From assembly GCA_038845265.1 (NCBI GenBank), contig JAWBQR010000001.1, forward strand, positions 1 to 64,000: a stretch of DNA of 64,000 bases. Reading direction: 5' to 3'. The DNA comes from Nitrososphaerota archaeon. GTDB lineage: Archaea; Thermoproteota; Nitrososphaeria_A; Caldarchaeales; Calditenuaceae. Of this stretch, positions 1-9,718 are shown in pieces. The stretch's first letter is position 1. Every line of letters starts with the position of its first letter. The position numbers and the translations under genes were made by a program. The notes below the pieces were generated by a model. It worked only from the letters and a program-made list of their open reading frames with translations. It was not told the origin of the DNA and did no database searches.

Positions 1-199
1 TTAGCATTGTTGTGTCTACTGTCCAGAGGTCTGTCGGACCTGTAAATACTATTAGTGTATGTGTTGCCCATCTTAATGGAAAGCCATAATCGACGTGGAC
101 GAAGTCGGGCCAGTCATATCTTGTGCCCCAGCCTGTTCCAATTATTGTTAGAGACGAACAAATTATGACCCAGATAAGCCTTATCCAAAAAGCCCTCAT
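1..199 (-). CDS. Membrane protein, partial (runs off the left edge)
   Basis: Manual translation from ATG at 199: MRAFWIRLIWVIICSSLTIIGTGWGTRYDWPDFVHVDYGFPLRWATHTL..., open to position 1; hydrophobic N-terminus. Confidence 0.6.
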   Translation of the reverse strand, partial: MRAFWIRLIWVIICSSLTIIGTGWGTRYDWPDFVHVDYGFPLRWATHTLIVFTGPTDLWTVDTTML

Positions 200-205
200 G
201 AATAA

Positions 206-991
206 ATGATTCAGAAGAGTATTTTATTAGGATTCTTGATAACTCATTTTGAATACACATTGAGACTTATCGGCAGAAGAAAATTTCTGGGACTTTTTAC
301 CGCTTCTTTAGTGAGTGTGACTATTCCTGCTGCTGAGGGTTATTTTAATACTCAAAAGCTTCAGTTGACCAGATTAGATTTAGGGATCGGTGGAAAAGCT
401 GTCCTTATTGTTGACACCCACCTACATTCTTTTGAAAAAATTCATGAAAAGCTCCTAGAGATAATCATAGATGAAGAACCAGATATTATAATGTTGGGTG
501 GTGACTTAATTGATGAATATACTCCAGACATTGAGTTATTGTCAGGTTTTCTCTCTAGTTTAGACTCTAAATGGAAGGTTGCCGTTCTGGGAAACCATGA
601 GTATTGGTCTGGCAATGCATCGAGTGTGATTTCTTTACTTAGAAAAAAGGGATTTGTAGTTCTAAAAGATTCATTTATCCATACACCTTTTGGACGAATC
701 TATGGCGTCGATTGGAGGGATGATAGGAAATACAATTCATTGGTAGCGGAAGGCATAGTGTTGACTCATGACCCTAATGCTGCTTCAGGAATTTCCGGTA
801 AATGCCTCGTATTGTCTGGACATACGCATGGAGGTGTAGTCATCGGTGGTGCTACGTTATATTCAAACTCGAGTTATACTAGAGGATTATACAAACTCCG
901 GGATGGAGGGATGCTCTATGTCTCTCGGGGCTTGGGCCAGATATTCCCCATCCGCTTCACATCTCCCTTGGAGCTGTTAATAATTGAATAA
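206..991 (+). CDS. Calcineurin-like metallophosphoesterase (YkuE-like); probable start TTG 260 with twin-arginine signal
   Basis: DxH (VDTHLH), GD (GGDLID), GNHE, THDP and SGHTHGG motifs; GRRKFL followed by a hydrophobic stretch. Confidence 0.85.
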   Translation: MIQKSILLGFLITHFEYTLRLIGRRKFLGLFTASLVSVTIPAAEGYFNTQKLQLTRLDLGIGGKAVLIVDTHLHSFEKIHEKLLEIIIDEEPDIIMLGGDLIDEYTPDIELLSGFLSSLDSKWKVAVLGNHEYWSGNASSVISLLRKKGFVVLKDSFIHTPFGRIYGVDWRDDRKYNSLVAEGIVLTHDPNAASGISGKCLVLSGHTHGGVVIGGATLYSNSSYTRGLYKLRDGGMLYVSRGLGQIFPIRFTSPLELLIIE

Positions 992-1223
992 GTTATTTAT
1001 AGTTACTATGATTTGTGAATGCGTCGTAAATTTTAATCCAGGATTAAGTCTATTGGTTTTTCTCCATAATTCTACTGATATAGCATCTATTTTAAATGGT
1101 GCTAAGTCAATTATGTATAACTCCGTCCTTAACTTCCTCCTTAAACATTCTTTAATGGATTCCTTGCTAACTGTGGGATGCTAATTAAAACATACCATGT
1201 TTGATATGTTTTCAGTTTACATG

Positions 1224-1330
1224 TTGTCAATAAACACATGAATAAGGGCAGGTCTTTGGGGCAGGGCACCATTTACATCAGGCGACCCTCTAATTCTTCT
1301 ATGGAGCAGGGAAAACGATTTCAGATATTT
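1224..1330 (-). pseudogene. Decayed radical SAM gene fragment (COG0731-like N-terminus)
   Basis: Minus strand reads IVFPAP / RRIRGSPDVN / PKTCPYSCVY*Q across frameshifts, resembling the family pattern FGPVPSRRLGRSLGVN..PKxCxYxCxYCQ; the third Cys is TGA and further stops follow. Confidence 0.6.
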
Positions 1331-1497
1331 TTATGTAAACCTAAAGTTAGAAAGATCTAATTATTCTTACTTTTTAAACCAAGTAACTGATTAGGAGAAT
1401 TCTCATCAAGATTTTACTATTTGTGTCAAACGTCTACTTGAGCATTGATAGGCTGGTTAAGTTATAAATGTAGGCGCTTCGAGCATTATGTTGAAAT

Positions 1498-1944
1498 ATG
1501 CGTGCTGTGCTTTCGTTGCCACCGCGGATTAAGGTTCTTGAGGCGGCGGGGGCAGTGGCGGGTGGAAGGGTGAAAATTATCTCTGAAAAGGAAGCTGAAG
1601 TGAGGGCATCTGAGGGGGAGCGTATTTACAGAGTTTTTAAAGACTCCAAGTCAGGCGTGGTATCAAGTGATGATAACGGAACAACTTATAGGAACTATGT
1701 AGGTTATCCCATAGTTGCCTTTATGATGATTACGGGTGAGCTTCCATATGATTCTGAGATTGGTGAGGCATTGAAAGATGTGAAGTGGAGATCTCTAAAT
1801 GAGCAGTATAGAAGTTATCGCATTGTAGAATCAATCATTAAGGAGAAGCTTAGGGGTAGGGGAATATCGGAAAGAAGGGTGGACGAATTCATTAAAAATG
1901 TTTTGGAAAAATTGTCTGGTTATTCCTTCAGAAAACTAGCTTAA
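1498..1944 (+). CDS. Conserved archaeal hypothetical protein
   Basis: 148 aa ORF with PPRIKVLEA and SDDNGT..YVGYPI motifs; TATA-like TTATAAA upstream. Confidence 0.7.
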   Translation: MRAVLSLPPRIKVLEAAGAVAGGRVKIISEKEAEVRASEGERIYRVFKDSKSGVVSSDDNGTTYRNYVGYPIVAFMMITGELPYDSEIGEALKDVKWRSLNEQYRSYRIVESIIKEKLRGRGISERRVDEFIKNVLEKLSGYSFRKLA

Positions 1945-1946
1945 CT

Positions 1947-2348
1947 TCATTTAGTTTCTTCTTCTAGTAGTTTTCTCATCTCAATGTATTCCTCTTTAGT
2001 TATCTCTCCCTTGGCAAGTCTAATCTTGAGTATCTCAATCGCTTCATCTTTCTTCGCTACAGTAGTAAGTGTTTTTGTCCTTTGAATTATTTCGGGAAAT
2101 ATCGATGAGAAAAACCAAATGAGTGTCGCAGCAATTATTATGCCTACCATGGCCCAGACTATTCCCCCTAGGACACTGCCCAAAACATTGAATACATCTT
2201 TGAAAATACTGAATATTGCGTTGGTGCCTAACTCGACTTTACGCCATACGAGTCCAAGCGAGAAGAAAACAACGACGACAAAGATGCCGAATATTCCCCA
2301 CAAAACTCCAATTACTGCTTTTAAAAATCCCTCAAAAGGCTTACTCAA
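1947..2348 (-). CDS. Membrane protein with C-terminal SHOCT domain
   Basis: Two TM segments; C-terminal AIEILKIRLAKGEITKEEY. Confidence 0.8.
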   Translation of the reverse strand: MSKPFEGFLKAVIGVLWGIFGIFVVVVFFSLGLVWRKVELGTNAIFSIFKDVFNVLGSVLGGIVWAMVGIIIAATLIWFFSSIFPEIIQRTKTLTTVAKKDEAIEILKIRLAKGEITKEEYIEMRKLLEEETK

Positions 2349-2465
2349 GTTTCCACTGCTACTAGTTAGAGTTGCTACTAATTAAATCCTCCTATTTCAG
2401 GACACACGGCCACATGTATCCGACAACTATGTTTAAATTCTACGAGGAATTCCTGAAAATAAAGG

Positions 2466-2539
2466 GGGCCCGTAGCTCAGGCAGGTAGAGCGGCCGGCTC
2501 TTAACCGGTAGGTCGAGGGTTCAAATCCCTCCGGGCCCG
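2466..2539 (+). tRNA. tRNA-Lys (anticodon CTT), intronless, CCA not encoded
   Basis: GGGCCCG/CGGGCCC acceptor stem, D arm TAGCTCAG..GGTAGAGC, anticodon arm GCCGG-CTCTTAA-CCGGT, T loop GGTTCAAATCC. Confidence 0.97.
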
Positions 2540-2689
2540 CTAAGAAGTAGCATTTAATTAATGGCGATAATTTAACTTCAAGGAACTCCTAAAAGTAAAG
2601 AAACATGAAGCTACCGTTTTAAAGGGTAGTGAAATAATTAATGGAGTTAACTATTATATCCTCGCATCGTTTTATTTAGGATTGAGTAA

Positions 2690-3262
2690 ATGAAGAGGAG
2701 CATAATTATTCTTCTCATAATAAGCCTATTAGTAATCGGCTTAGTTGCTTCATCTTACTGGATTACTTCTATTCCCACTTCTTATGAGAGTACAACTGTA
2801 ACATCATTTAATCTAAGTAGTAAAGAGTTTAGTGATGGTCAAGTTATTCCTACTAAATATACTTGTGATGGATTGGATGTTTCTCCCCCACTTCAATGGG
2901 ATGGGTATCCTCCAGACACGAAAAGTTTTGTATTGATCATGGAAGATCTCGATGCCCCAGCTGGAATATTCACTCATTGGCTAATATATAATATACCTGG
3001 AAATATAGATAGATTAGAAGAAGGTGTTGTAAAAATTGAAAAGTTGCCCAATGGTATTATGCAGGGGATTAATGATTTTAAAGAAGTAGGATATGGAGGA
3101 CCATGTCCCCCGCCTGGAAAACCGCATAGATATATTTTTAGGATGTATGCCTTAGACGAATTATTAGACCTTAAACCTAGATTATCTAAACAAGAATTAT
3201 TAAATTCTATCAAAAATCACATAATTGGCACAGCAGAGCTGTCAGGAATATATTCCAGATGA
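2690..3262 (+). CDS. YbhB/YbcL family PEBP (Raf kinase inhibitor-like) protein with N-terminal anchor
   Basis: DLDAP, FTHW and GYGGPCPPPGKPHRY motifs. Confidence 0.92.
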   Translation: MKRSIIILLIISLLVIGLVASSYWITSIPTSYESTTVTSFNLSSKEFSDGQVIPTKYTCDGLDVSPPLQWDGYPPDTKSFVLIMEDLDAPAGIFTHWLIYNIPGNIDRLEEGVVKIEKLPNGIMQGINDFKEVGYGGPCPPPGKPHRYIFRMYALDELLDLKPRLSKQELLNSIKNHIIGTAELSGIYSR

Positions 3263-3291
3263 AAAATTATTCGATAATTAATGGTTAAAAG

Positions 3292-4482
3292 TTGCTAATG
3301 ATAATTTGTAAATCATTGAGTCAAGACGCAAGAAGGATGGCTCTAAGGTTTGTCCTGTTCATAGGTATTGTAAGTCTTTTTGGCGATGTGACATATGAGG
3401 GCGCACGTGGAGTTATTGGTCCATACCTAGGCATCTTGGGGGCCAGCGCCATCGTCATCGGTGGACTAACCGGGACAGCAGAGTTTATAGGATATGCACT
3501 GAGGATAGCTTCTGGCGCAATAACTGACAAGCTAAAAAACCCATGGATAGCAATATACCTAGGATATACATTAAACCTTGTTGCGGTCCCATTACTATCA
3601 ATCGCCGGAAGATGGGAGACAGCGGCAGTATTAGTGCTACTCGAGCGAATTGGAAAAGCAATCAGAACGCCTGGCAGAGACGCGATGATCTCCGAGGCAA
3701 CTTCAAGTATCGGTAGAGGAATGGGGTTTGGAATTCATGAGGCTCTGGATCAAATTGGTGCTGTCGCTGGACCCATATTCGTGTCAGTTGCAATGTACAT
3801 TAGCGGAGACTACAGAATTGGATTTGCACTTTTAGCAATCCCAGCAATGATTTCCTTGATGTTTTTAGAGGTCTCAAGAAGAAGCTTCCCTAAAGAACGC
3901 ATAAGTATCAATAAATCTTCAGCATCGTATTCAAAAATTACCATCTCACAAAGATTTAAGGCTTATCTATTATTTGTCTTCTTAAGCTCCGCTGGACTAA
4001 TAGGTTTTCAGCTCCTCTCATATCATCTCAAGAATGAAAGTATTGTACCTGACTATTTGTTGCCTCTTCTATATGGGTTAGCAATGGGGGTCGACGCTAT
4101 AGCTGCATTAGGCATCGGCAAAGCCTACGATAAATATGGATTACGAGTCCTTGGAATAATCCCCCTCTTGATAATTCCAATAATTCCGTTAACACTACTC
4201 TCCACAATTATTGGCATTATCATTGCAGTAGTCTTCTGGGGAATAGTGATAGGTATGCAAGAGACAGTTCTTAGAGCTGCAGTCCCGGAATTCTCTGCTC
4301 CCTCTTCTATTGGCTTTACTTATGGTCTTCTGAATGCTACTTATGGTATGTCCCTGATGATGGGCGGATTCATCATGGGTTTGCTTTATGAATATTCATT
4401 CCAGCTACTGGCCATATATGCTGTTGCCATGGAATTATTATCTCTTGGAATATTTCTAACAGGACTCGCCCATAAAAAATAA
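3292..4482 (+). CDS. MFS transporter
   Basis: About 12 TM segments; GDVTYEGAR, ERIGKAIRTPGRD and DQIGAVAGP. Confidence 0.9.
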   Translation: MLMIICKSLSQDARRMALRFVLFIGIVSLFGDVTYEGARGVIGPYLGILGASAIVIGGLTGTAEFIGYALRIASGAITDKLKNPWIAIYLGYTLNLVAVPLLSIAGRWETAAVLVLLERIGKAIRTPGRDAMISEATSSIGRGMGFGIHEALDQIGAVAGPIFVSVAMYISGDYRIGFALLAIPAMISLMFLEVSRRSFPKERISINKSSASYSKITISQRFKAYLLFVFLSSAGLIGFQLLSYHLKNESIVPDYLLPLLYGLAMGVDAIAALGIGKAYDKYGLRVLGIIPLLIIPIIPLTLLSTIIGIIIAVVFWGIVIGMQETVLRAAVPEFSAPSSIGFTYGLLNATYGMSLMMGGFIMGLLYEYSFQLLAIYAVAMELLSLGIFLTGLAHKK

Positions 4483-4579
4483 AACCTAACATTTCCCAGT
4501 AAAATTTTTGAATCCTCTTTTAAGAAATGATTACTTAACAACGGTTTATTACTAAGACATTTAGATATCGATAGTAGAT

Positions 4580-4909
4580 TTGGTTAAGATAGTCTTTTCA
4601 CCCAAGGCTTTGGAAATTATAGAGAATCTCAGAAATATACATAAAAAATTATACATGATAATAAGTGATACAGGATGTTGCGGGTACAGCAATGTTCACC
4701 TCTCTGCAATCGAGCCACGCGGAGAATATGTCTACCACGGAGAAATAGCTGGCGTCTCGGTTTACCTAAGACCACCCTTAGACGTAATCTCGTCATATAA
4801 TGAAGTTACCATTGAGGCTCTGCCAACAGACATCGATGATAGTCTTTCATTAGAAACAACTATGCGATACAGATTTGTATTGTCCAGCAACATTACTTGC
4901 AAAAAATGA
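4580..4909 (+). CDS. DUF779/HesB-like small protein
   Basis: TGCCG motif; C-terminal SLSLET..YRF. Confidence 0.55.
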   Translation: MVKIVFSPKALEIIENLRNIHKKLYMIISDTGCCGYSNVHLSAIEPRGEYVYHGEIAGVSVYLRPPLDVISSYNEVTIEALPTDIDDSLSLETTMRYRFVLSSNITCKK

Positions 4910-5100
4910 AGCTTAACCAAAGATTGATTGGAATACACATGAAATTTTAAGCTAAAGGATAAGAACCTTTTGTCCATAAATCGTTCACTATGTCGCTTTA
5001 ATTCTTCTACACATAATTTAGGCACACTATTAATAATATTGGGCATAGCTCATGTTGTTATCTTTTTAAGTTCATTTTGACGTGAATATATTGGAGAGAC

Positions 5101-5346
5101 ATGCTGTCGCTGACTATTATGGGATTAGTAATGGTTTTCATTGGCATAGTACTAATTTTGCTTGGGTTCATAATTCTTAGTAGAAAGAGCGAAGTCGATG
5201 AACAGGATCAGAAGAGTTACGCAGTTTTTCTGATTGGTCCTTTCCCAATTTTATTGAAAGGAGGGATAAAGATCGCAATAATTTCTTTTGTTATATTATT
5301 GTTTCTTGTATTGATCATTTTCATGAGTGTTGGAGGGGTGATTTAG
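5101..5346 (+). CDS. DUF131 (TIGR00304-like) membrane protein
   Basis: Two TM segments flanking FLIGPFPI. Confidence 0.75.
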   Translation: MLSLTIMGLVMVFIGIVLILLGFIILSRKSEVDEQDQKSYAVFLIGPFPILLKGGIKIAIISFVILLFLVLIIFMSVGGVI

Positions 5347-5348
5347 AC

Positions 5349-5636
5349 TTGAGTGAGCATCATGTAGATTCTCTTGTAACAGCCACTATTTTGATGATTG
5401 CTGGATTTATTTTATTGTTCATTGGACTTATAGTGGCATTTCTTGGAAGCTTACCTATTCAAAAAATAGAAGGTGGCGGAATAATTTTGATTGGCCCACT
5501 TCCGATAATAATCACCGGTGAGGGACAAGAATTCATCTCGACAATCGTTACGTTATTACTCTTGGCCATATTCGTCGCAGTTATCATATTCATAATAGTG
5601 AGATTGATGCATAGACAGACAGAACCAGTAGAATAA
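5349..5636 (+). CDS. DUF131 (TIGR00304-like) membrane protein, second copy
   Basis: GGGIILIGPLPII motif between TM segments. Confidence 0.8.
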   Translation: MSEHHVDSLVTATILMIAGFILLFIGLIVAFLGSLPIQKIEGGGIILIGPLPIIITGEGQEFISTIVTLLLLAIFVAVIIFIIVRLMHRQTEPVE

Positions 5637-5670
5637 TTATCCTAAAATAGCTCAAAATGGATAATTATTA

Positions 5671-5889
5671 ATGGTCACAGCGGATTTGCGGTACTGCCCC
5701 GAGTGTGGTGGTGTGATGGTTTATGACCGTAATTCCAAACTCTATACTTGTAGTTCCTGCGGCATTTCAATGAATATGCAACAAATAATCGAGTATCAAG
5801 AAAAACTGAGATCTGAGAAAGAAAGAGTTGAAAGAGAAAAAAGAAAAAAGGAGGAATATTTAGAATGGTGGCTCTCAAGTAAGAAGTAA
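5671..5889 (+). CDS. Small zinc-ribbon protein
   Basis: CPECGG...CSSCG plus a charged helix ending EYLEWWLS. Confidence 0.75.
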   Translation: MVTADLRYCPECGGVMVYDRNSKLYTCSSCGISMNMQQIIEYQEKLRSEKERVEREKRKKEEYLEWWLSSKK

Positions 5890-5916
5890 ATTTTTTCGAG
5901 TCGAGGAGAATTAATG

Positions 5917-6063
5917 TTTAAATATAAGCCATAGACATTACTGCATCCGTGGTGTAGAATTGGGGGATTTAGTTTGGCTACTCTTCTGAAGTAATCCAAA
6001 CTTGTTTATTCGATAAAGAGATTGATGCTTTCACTGCCCCCAGATGCTTCTCAGGTGGTGCCT
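5917..6063 (+). promoter_or_regulatory. trp operon promoter and structured 5' leader
   Basis: TATA TTTAAATA 5917-5924; pairings AGTTTGG/CCAAACT, TGGGGG/CCCCCA and CACTGCC/GGTGGTG (trpD SD). Confidence 0.55.
5960..5989 (+). CDS. Putative trp leader peptide MGDLVWLLF
   Basis: TTG start 5 nt after SD-like GTGGTG; Trp codon at 5975-5977; TGA at 5987-5989. Confidence 0.4.
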   Translation: MGDLVWLLF

Positions 6064-7128
6064 ATGATTAAGGAGATTATTCAAAGCTTAGTCGATAATA
6101 TAGACTTAACCGAGGAAGCTGCAGCCGATGCACTAAGAGCGATTCTGAAAAACGATGCGACTAATGCTCAGATAGGTGCATTTTTGACTGCTCTCAGAAT
6201 GAAAGGCGAGACCGTAGAAGAGATGGTAGGGATGGCCCGTGTAATGAAAGAAATGTGCATTAAGGTAGAACTACCCTCTAAGGAGCACTTGATAGATATT
6301 GTCGGCACTGGTGGTGATAGAGTTAAGACATTCAACATAAGTACAATAGCAGCTTTAATCGTTGCAGGAGCAGGAGGACGAGTGGCGAAGCACGGTAACA
6401 GAGCAATCACAGGACGATGCGGAAGTGCAGATTTACTTGAGGCACTCGGTGTCAATATACGTGCTGACCCAGAGACTGTAAAGCAATGCATAAACACCTC
6501 ATATATAGGATTCATGTTTGCTCCTGATTATCACCCTGCAATGAAGAGAGTCATGGAGCCGAGAAGGGAGATAGGCATTCGGACTATATTTAATGTACTC
6601 GGACCGATAACTAATCCTGCAGGAGTTTCTTCTCAACTAATAGGCGTGCCTGATGAGAGCTTGATAATTAAAGTAGCTAGAGTTTTGCCAAGGCTAGGAG
6701 TTAAGCACGCGATGGTCGTGCATGGGCAAGAAGGTACAGACGAAATCTCAGCTGCGGGAAAAACAAAGGTTGCATGGATTAGGGATGGGGGGATTTCATT
6801 ACTCGAACTACATCCCTCAAGATTTGGGATAGATCCAGTTAAGCCAGAGTTAATAATCTCTGATAGCGTTGAGAAGAGTCTAGAAATCGCGGTTAAAGTG
6901 TTATGCAACTGCTATGAAGACAAAGACCCTAGGAAATTATTTTCGCTTGTAAATGCTGCTGCAGGACTTATAGTGGCCGGACTTTCCGATAAGTTTGACG
7001 ATGCATTTGAGCTTGCTAAGGAATCACTAGAAAGTGGAACGGCACTAGAGCGATTAAAACAACTTGTTAAGACGAGTAGAGGTGATCGTGATAGATTTGA
7101 AGAAGTCATCGAGAGATATTCTAAGTGA
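6064..7128 (+). CDS. trpD: Anthranilate phosphoribosyltransferase
   Basis: DIVGTGGD, FNIST, KHGNRA and GSAD motifs; start placed at ATG 6064 after SD GGTGGTG (ORF track starts at 6022). Confidence 0.96.
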   Translation: MIKEIIQSLVDNIDLTEEAAADALRAILKNDATNAQIGAFLTALRMKGETVEEMVGMARVMKEMCIKVELPSKEHLIDIVGTGGDRVKTFNISTIAALIVAGAGGRVAKHGNRAITGRCGSADLLEALGVNIRADPETVKQCINTSYIGFMFAPDYHPAMKRVMEPRREIGIRTIFNVLGPITNPAGVSSQLIGVPDESLIIKVARVLPRLGVKHAMVVHGQEGTDEISAAGKTKVAWIRDGGISLLELHPSRFGIDPVKPELIISDSVEKSLEIAVKVLCNCYEDKDPRKLFSLVNAAAGLIVAGLSDKFDDAFELAKESLESGTALERLKQLVKTSRGDRDRFEEVIERYSK

Positions 7129-7888
7129 ACTAAGCATAGAGGCTAAACGACTAGTCAGGGCTGGATACTATAACGTAGATTTTGACAGAAAAAGGGCTGT
7201 ACGGAGCTTACGTTCAAGCATACTTAGTCGGGACAATAAAGCAATAATAGCTGAGATAAAGCGTGCTTCACCAAGCTCAGGATGGTTAAGAAAAGATTTA
7301 GACATAAAGTCAATTATCGCGTCAATCGAGCGAGGAGGAGCGGCCGGAATATCCATTCTCACAATGCCTAGATATTTTCATGGCGACTTAAAATTTTTGT
7401 CCGAGGCAAGTACTATAACTAAACTACCACTATTAATGAAGGACTTCATAGTATCAAGTAACCAGATAGAGGCGGGATGGAGATCAGGAGCAGATGCAAT
7501 CTTGCTCATACTAAAAATTTTTAAGAAGAGATATTCCGAACTCAGCATCGAAGAAGCAATCCGAAAAATACACTCACTTGGCATGGAAGTCTTATTAGAA
7601 GTCCATACTCGTGAGGAACTGTTAGAAGCATCAGCTCTTGACGTAGACCTCATTGGTGTTAATTCAAGGAATCTAGAAACGATGTATGTAGAGACAGATA
7701 ATTTTATTCATTCAATTGCCAATATAGATGTTAACAATAGGGTCTTAGTGGCAGAGAGTGGGATTAACAGTCCAGAGCAAATCTCAATGCTAAAAAAATT
7801 AGGATATAAAGCGTTCCTGATAGGTACGGCCATAATGAAGTCCAACGATGTTGAGCAAGCAGTAAAAAGTTTTGTAGGTGATCCATAA
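7064..7888 (+). CDS. trpC: Indole-3-glycerol phosphate synthase (probable start GTG 7088)
   Basis: IIAEIKRASPS, LMKDF, LEVH, GVNSRNL and VAESGI. Confidence 0.95.
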   Translation: MLRRVEVIVIDLKKSSRDILSELSIEAKRLVRAGYYNVDFDRKRAVRSLRSSILSRDNKAIIAEIKRASPSSGWLRKDLDIKSIIASIERGGAAGISILTMPRYFHGDLKFLSEASTITKLPLLMKDFIVSSNQIEAGWRSGADAILLILKIFKKRYSELSIEEAIRKIHSLGMEVLLEVHTREELLEASALDVDLIGVNSRNLETMYVETDNFIHSIANIDVNNRVLVAESGINSPEQISMLKKLGYKAFLIGTAIMKSNDVEQAVKSFVGDP

Positions 7889-8526
7889 TGAGAGTGAAAG
7901 TTAAGATTTGTGGGATAACAAGGCTGAGCGATTTAGAAGCATCGATAGATGCTGGAGCCGATGCTGTAGGATTTATAGTTGGATTTCCAAACTCTCCGAG
8001 AAATATCTCCATAAAACTAGCAAAAAGATTAATTGATCACGTTCCTCCATTTGTCACATCAGTACTTGTAACTAGATTCATAAATATAGAAAATCTAAAG
8101 ATGTTATACAACGAGTTGAGGCCAGATGCATTACAGCTTTATTATTGTGACTCTCCTTTGAGAGTCAAGAAAGATCTCCCCGAGCCTTTTCTCATAATCC
8201 CGTCAAATCCTGAGGAGGCCAAGTTAATGAATAATTTTGACGGTATCGATGCGCTACTTTTAGACTCCTGTAGCCATGAACTGCCTGGGGGTACAGGTAA
8301 GACCCATAATTGGGATTTAAGTAGAATGATTAGAGACAGGATAGGATTACCAATCATACTTTCTGGCGGACTTACGCCTGATAACGTTTCTGAAGCCATA
8401 ATGAAGGTGAGACCGTATGCAGTCGATGTATCGAGCGGCGTTGAGTTATCGCCTGGCATCAAGGATCATGAAAAGATCCGCATATTTGTCGAGAGGGCAA
8501 AGGCGGTGATGGATAGTGGATTATGA
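7888..8526 (+). CDS. trpF: Phosphoribosylanthranilate isomerase
   Basis: VKICGIT, GGTG, LSGGL and DVSSGVE. Confidence 0.96.
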   Translation: MRVKVKICGITRLSDLEASIDAGADAVGFIVGFPNSPRNISIKLAKRLIDHVPPFVTSVLVTRFINIENLKMLYNELRPDALQLYYCDSPLRVKKDLPEPFLIIPSNPEEAKLMNNFDGIDALLLDSCSHELPGGTGKTHNWDLSRMIRDRIGLPIILSGGLTPDNVSEAIMKVRPYAVDVSSGVELSPGIKDHEKIRIFVERAKAVMDSGL

Positions 8527-9718
8527 AGAATTTAGTCTACCGGATCCAAATGGAAAATTCGGAGTATTCGGAGGCAAGTATGTTCCTGAGACACTTATGG
8601 CAGCACTAGAGGAGCTTGAAAACACTTATCTAAAATTGAAGAATGACTCAACGTTTTGGAGGGAACTTGAATTCTATCTTAGAGACTACGCCGGTAGGCC
8701 AACGCCACTTTACTATGCAGAACGTCTAACTAAAACAATTGGGGGCGCAAAGATTTACCTGAAGCGCGAAGATCTGGCATTCACTGGTGCTCATAAGATC
8801 AACAATGCCTTAGGACAGGCGCTTATTGCTAAGAAAATGGGAAAATCAAGACTCATAGCAGAGACTGGTGCCGGACAGCATGGCGTTGCTGTAGCGACGG
8901 TAGCAGCAAAGTTCGGCTTCAAATGCGTAATCTATATGGGAAGAGAAGACGTCGAGCGTCAGAGGATGAATGTCTACAGAATGAAACTTCTCGGAGCTGA
9001 GGTTGTACCTGTTGATAGCGGCTCAAGAACCCTCAAAGATGCAATAAATGAAGCGATGCGGGATTGGGTTACAAATCTTCACGATACACATTATCTAATC
9101 GGATCGGCCGTCGGGCCACATCCATATCCGATGATTGTTAGGGATCTTCAGTCAGTAATTGGCCGGGAAATTAAGGAGCAATTTCTCATGAAAGAGAAGA
9201 GATTGCCCGATGTATTGGTTGCATGTGTTGGTGGAGGGAGTAATGCTATTGGAACCTTCTATCCATTCCTCAACGATAAGGATGTAAGATTAATAGGCGT
9301 AGAGGCAGGTGGACTTGGGCTTGAATCAGGGGAGCACGCCGCGAGCCTAACTGCTGGAAGTTTAGGAATATTCCATGGGATGCATACATATCTCCTACAG
9401 ACTACTGATGGGCTGATAAAGAGTACCCATTCAATATCTGCTGGCCTCGATTATCCGGCAGTAGGTCCTGAACATGCTTACCTTAAGGAAATCGGACGCG
9501 TAAAATACGTAGCTGTCAATGATAGTGAAGCTCTTGATGCCTTTAAAAAACTCACAAGAATAGAGGGCATTATTCCAGCGCTCGAACCTGCGCACGCATT
9601 AGCATATGCTATTGACTTAGCGGAATCTATGAGGAGGGATGAAGCAATAGTAGTTACACTCTCTGGAAGGGGCGACAAGGACCTCGACATAGTAATGAGA
9701 CAGGAGGGATATCTATGA
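8516..9718 (+). CDS. trpB: Tryptophan synthase beta chain (TrpB1)
   Basis: [31 protein letters not shown] and SAGLDYP. Confidence 0.98.
   Translation: MDYEEFSLPDPNGKFGVFGGKYVPETLMAALEELENTYLKLKNDSTFWRELEFYLRDYAGRPTPLYYAERLTKTIGGAKIYLKREDLAFTGAHKINNALGQALIAKKMGKSRLIAETGAGQHGVAVATVAAKFGFKCVIYMGREDVERQRMNVYRMKLLGAEVVPVDSGSRTLKDAINEAMRDWVTNLHDTHYLIGSAVGPHPYPMIVRDLQSVIGREIKEQFLMKEKRLPDVLVACVGGGSNAIGTFYPFLNDKDVRLIGVEAGGLGLESGEHAASLTAGSLGIFHGMHTYLLQTTDGLIKSTHSISAGLDYPAVGPEHAYLKEIGRVKYVAVNDSEALDAFKKLTRIEGIIPALEPAHALAYAIDLAESMRRDEAIVVTLSGRGDKDLDIVMRQEGYL

Noticed and set aside
1227-1229. In-frame TGA at the third Cys of a CxxxCxxC motif as possible selenocysteine
   Set aside because: The surrounding sequence has frameshifts and additional stops and no evident SECIS; decay is the simpler explanation
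4762-5046. 94-aa minus-strand ORF
   Set aside because: Half overlaps the DUF779-like gene and has no recognisable motif; may be spurious or a remnant
6022-6063. N-terminal extension of TrpD given by the ORF track
   Set aside because: ATG 6064 has a clear SD and a typical TrpD N-terminus; the extension coincides with the structured leader
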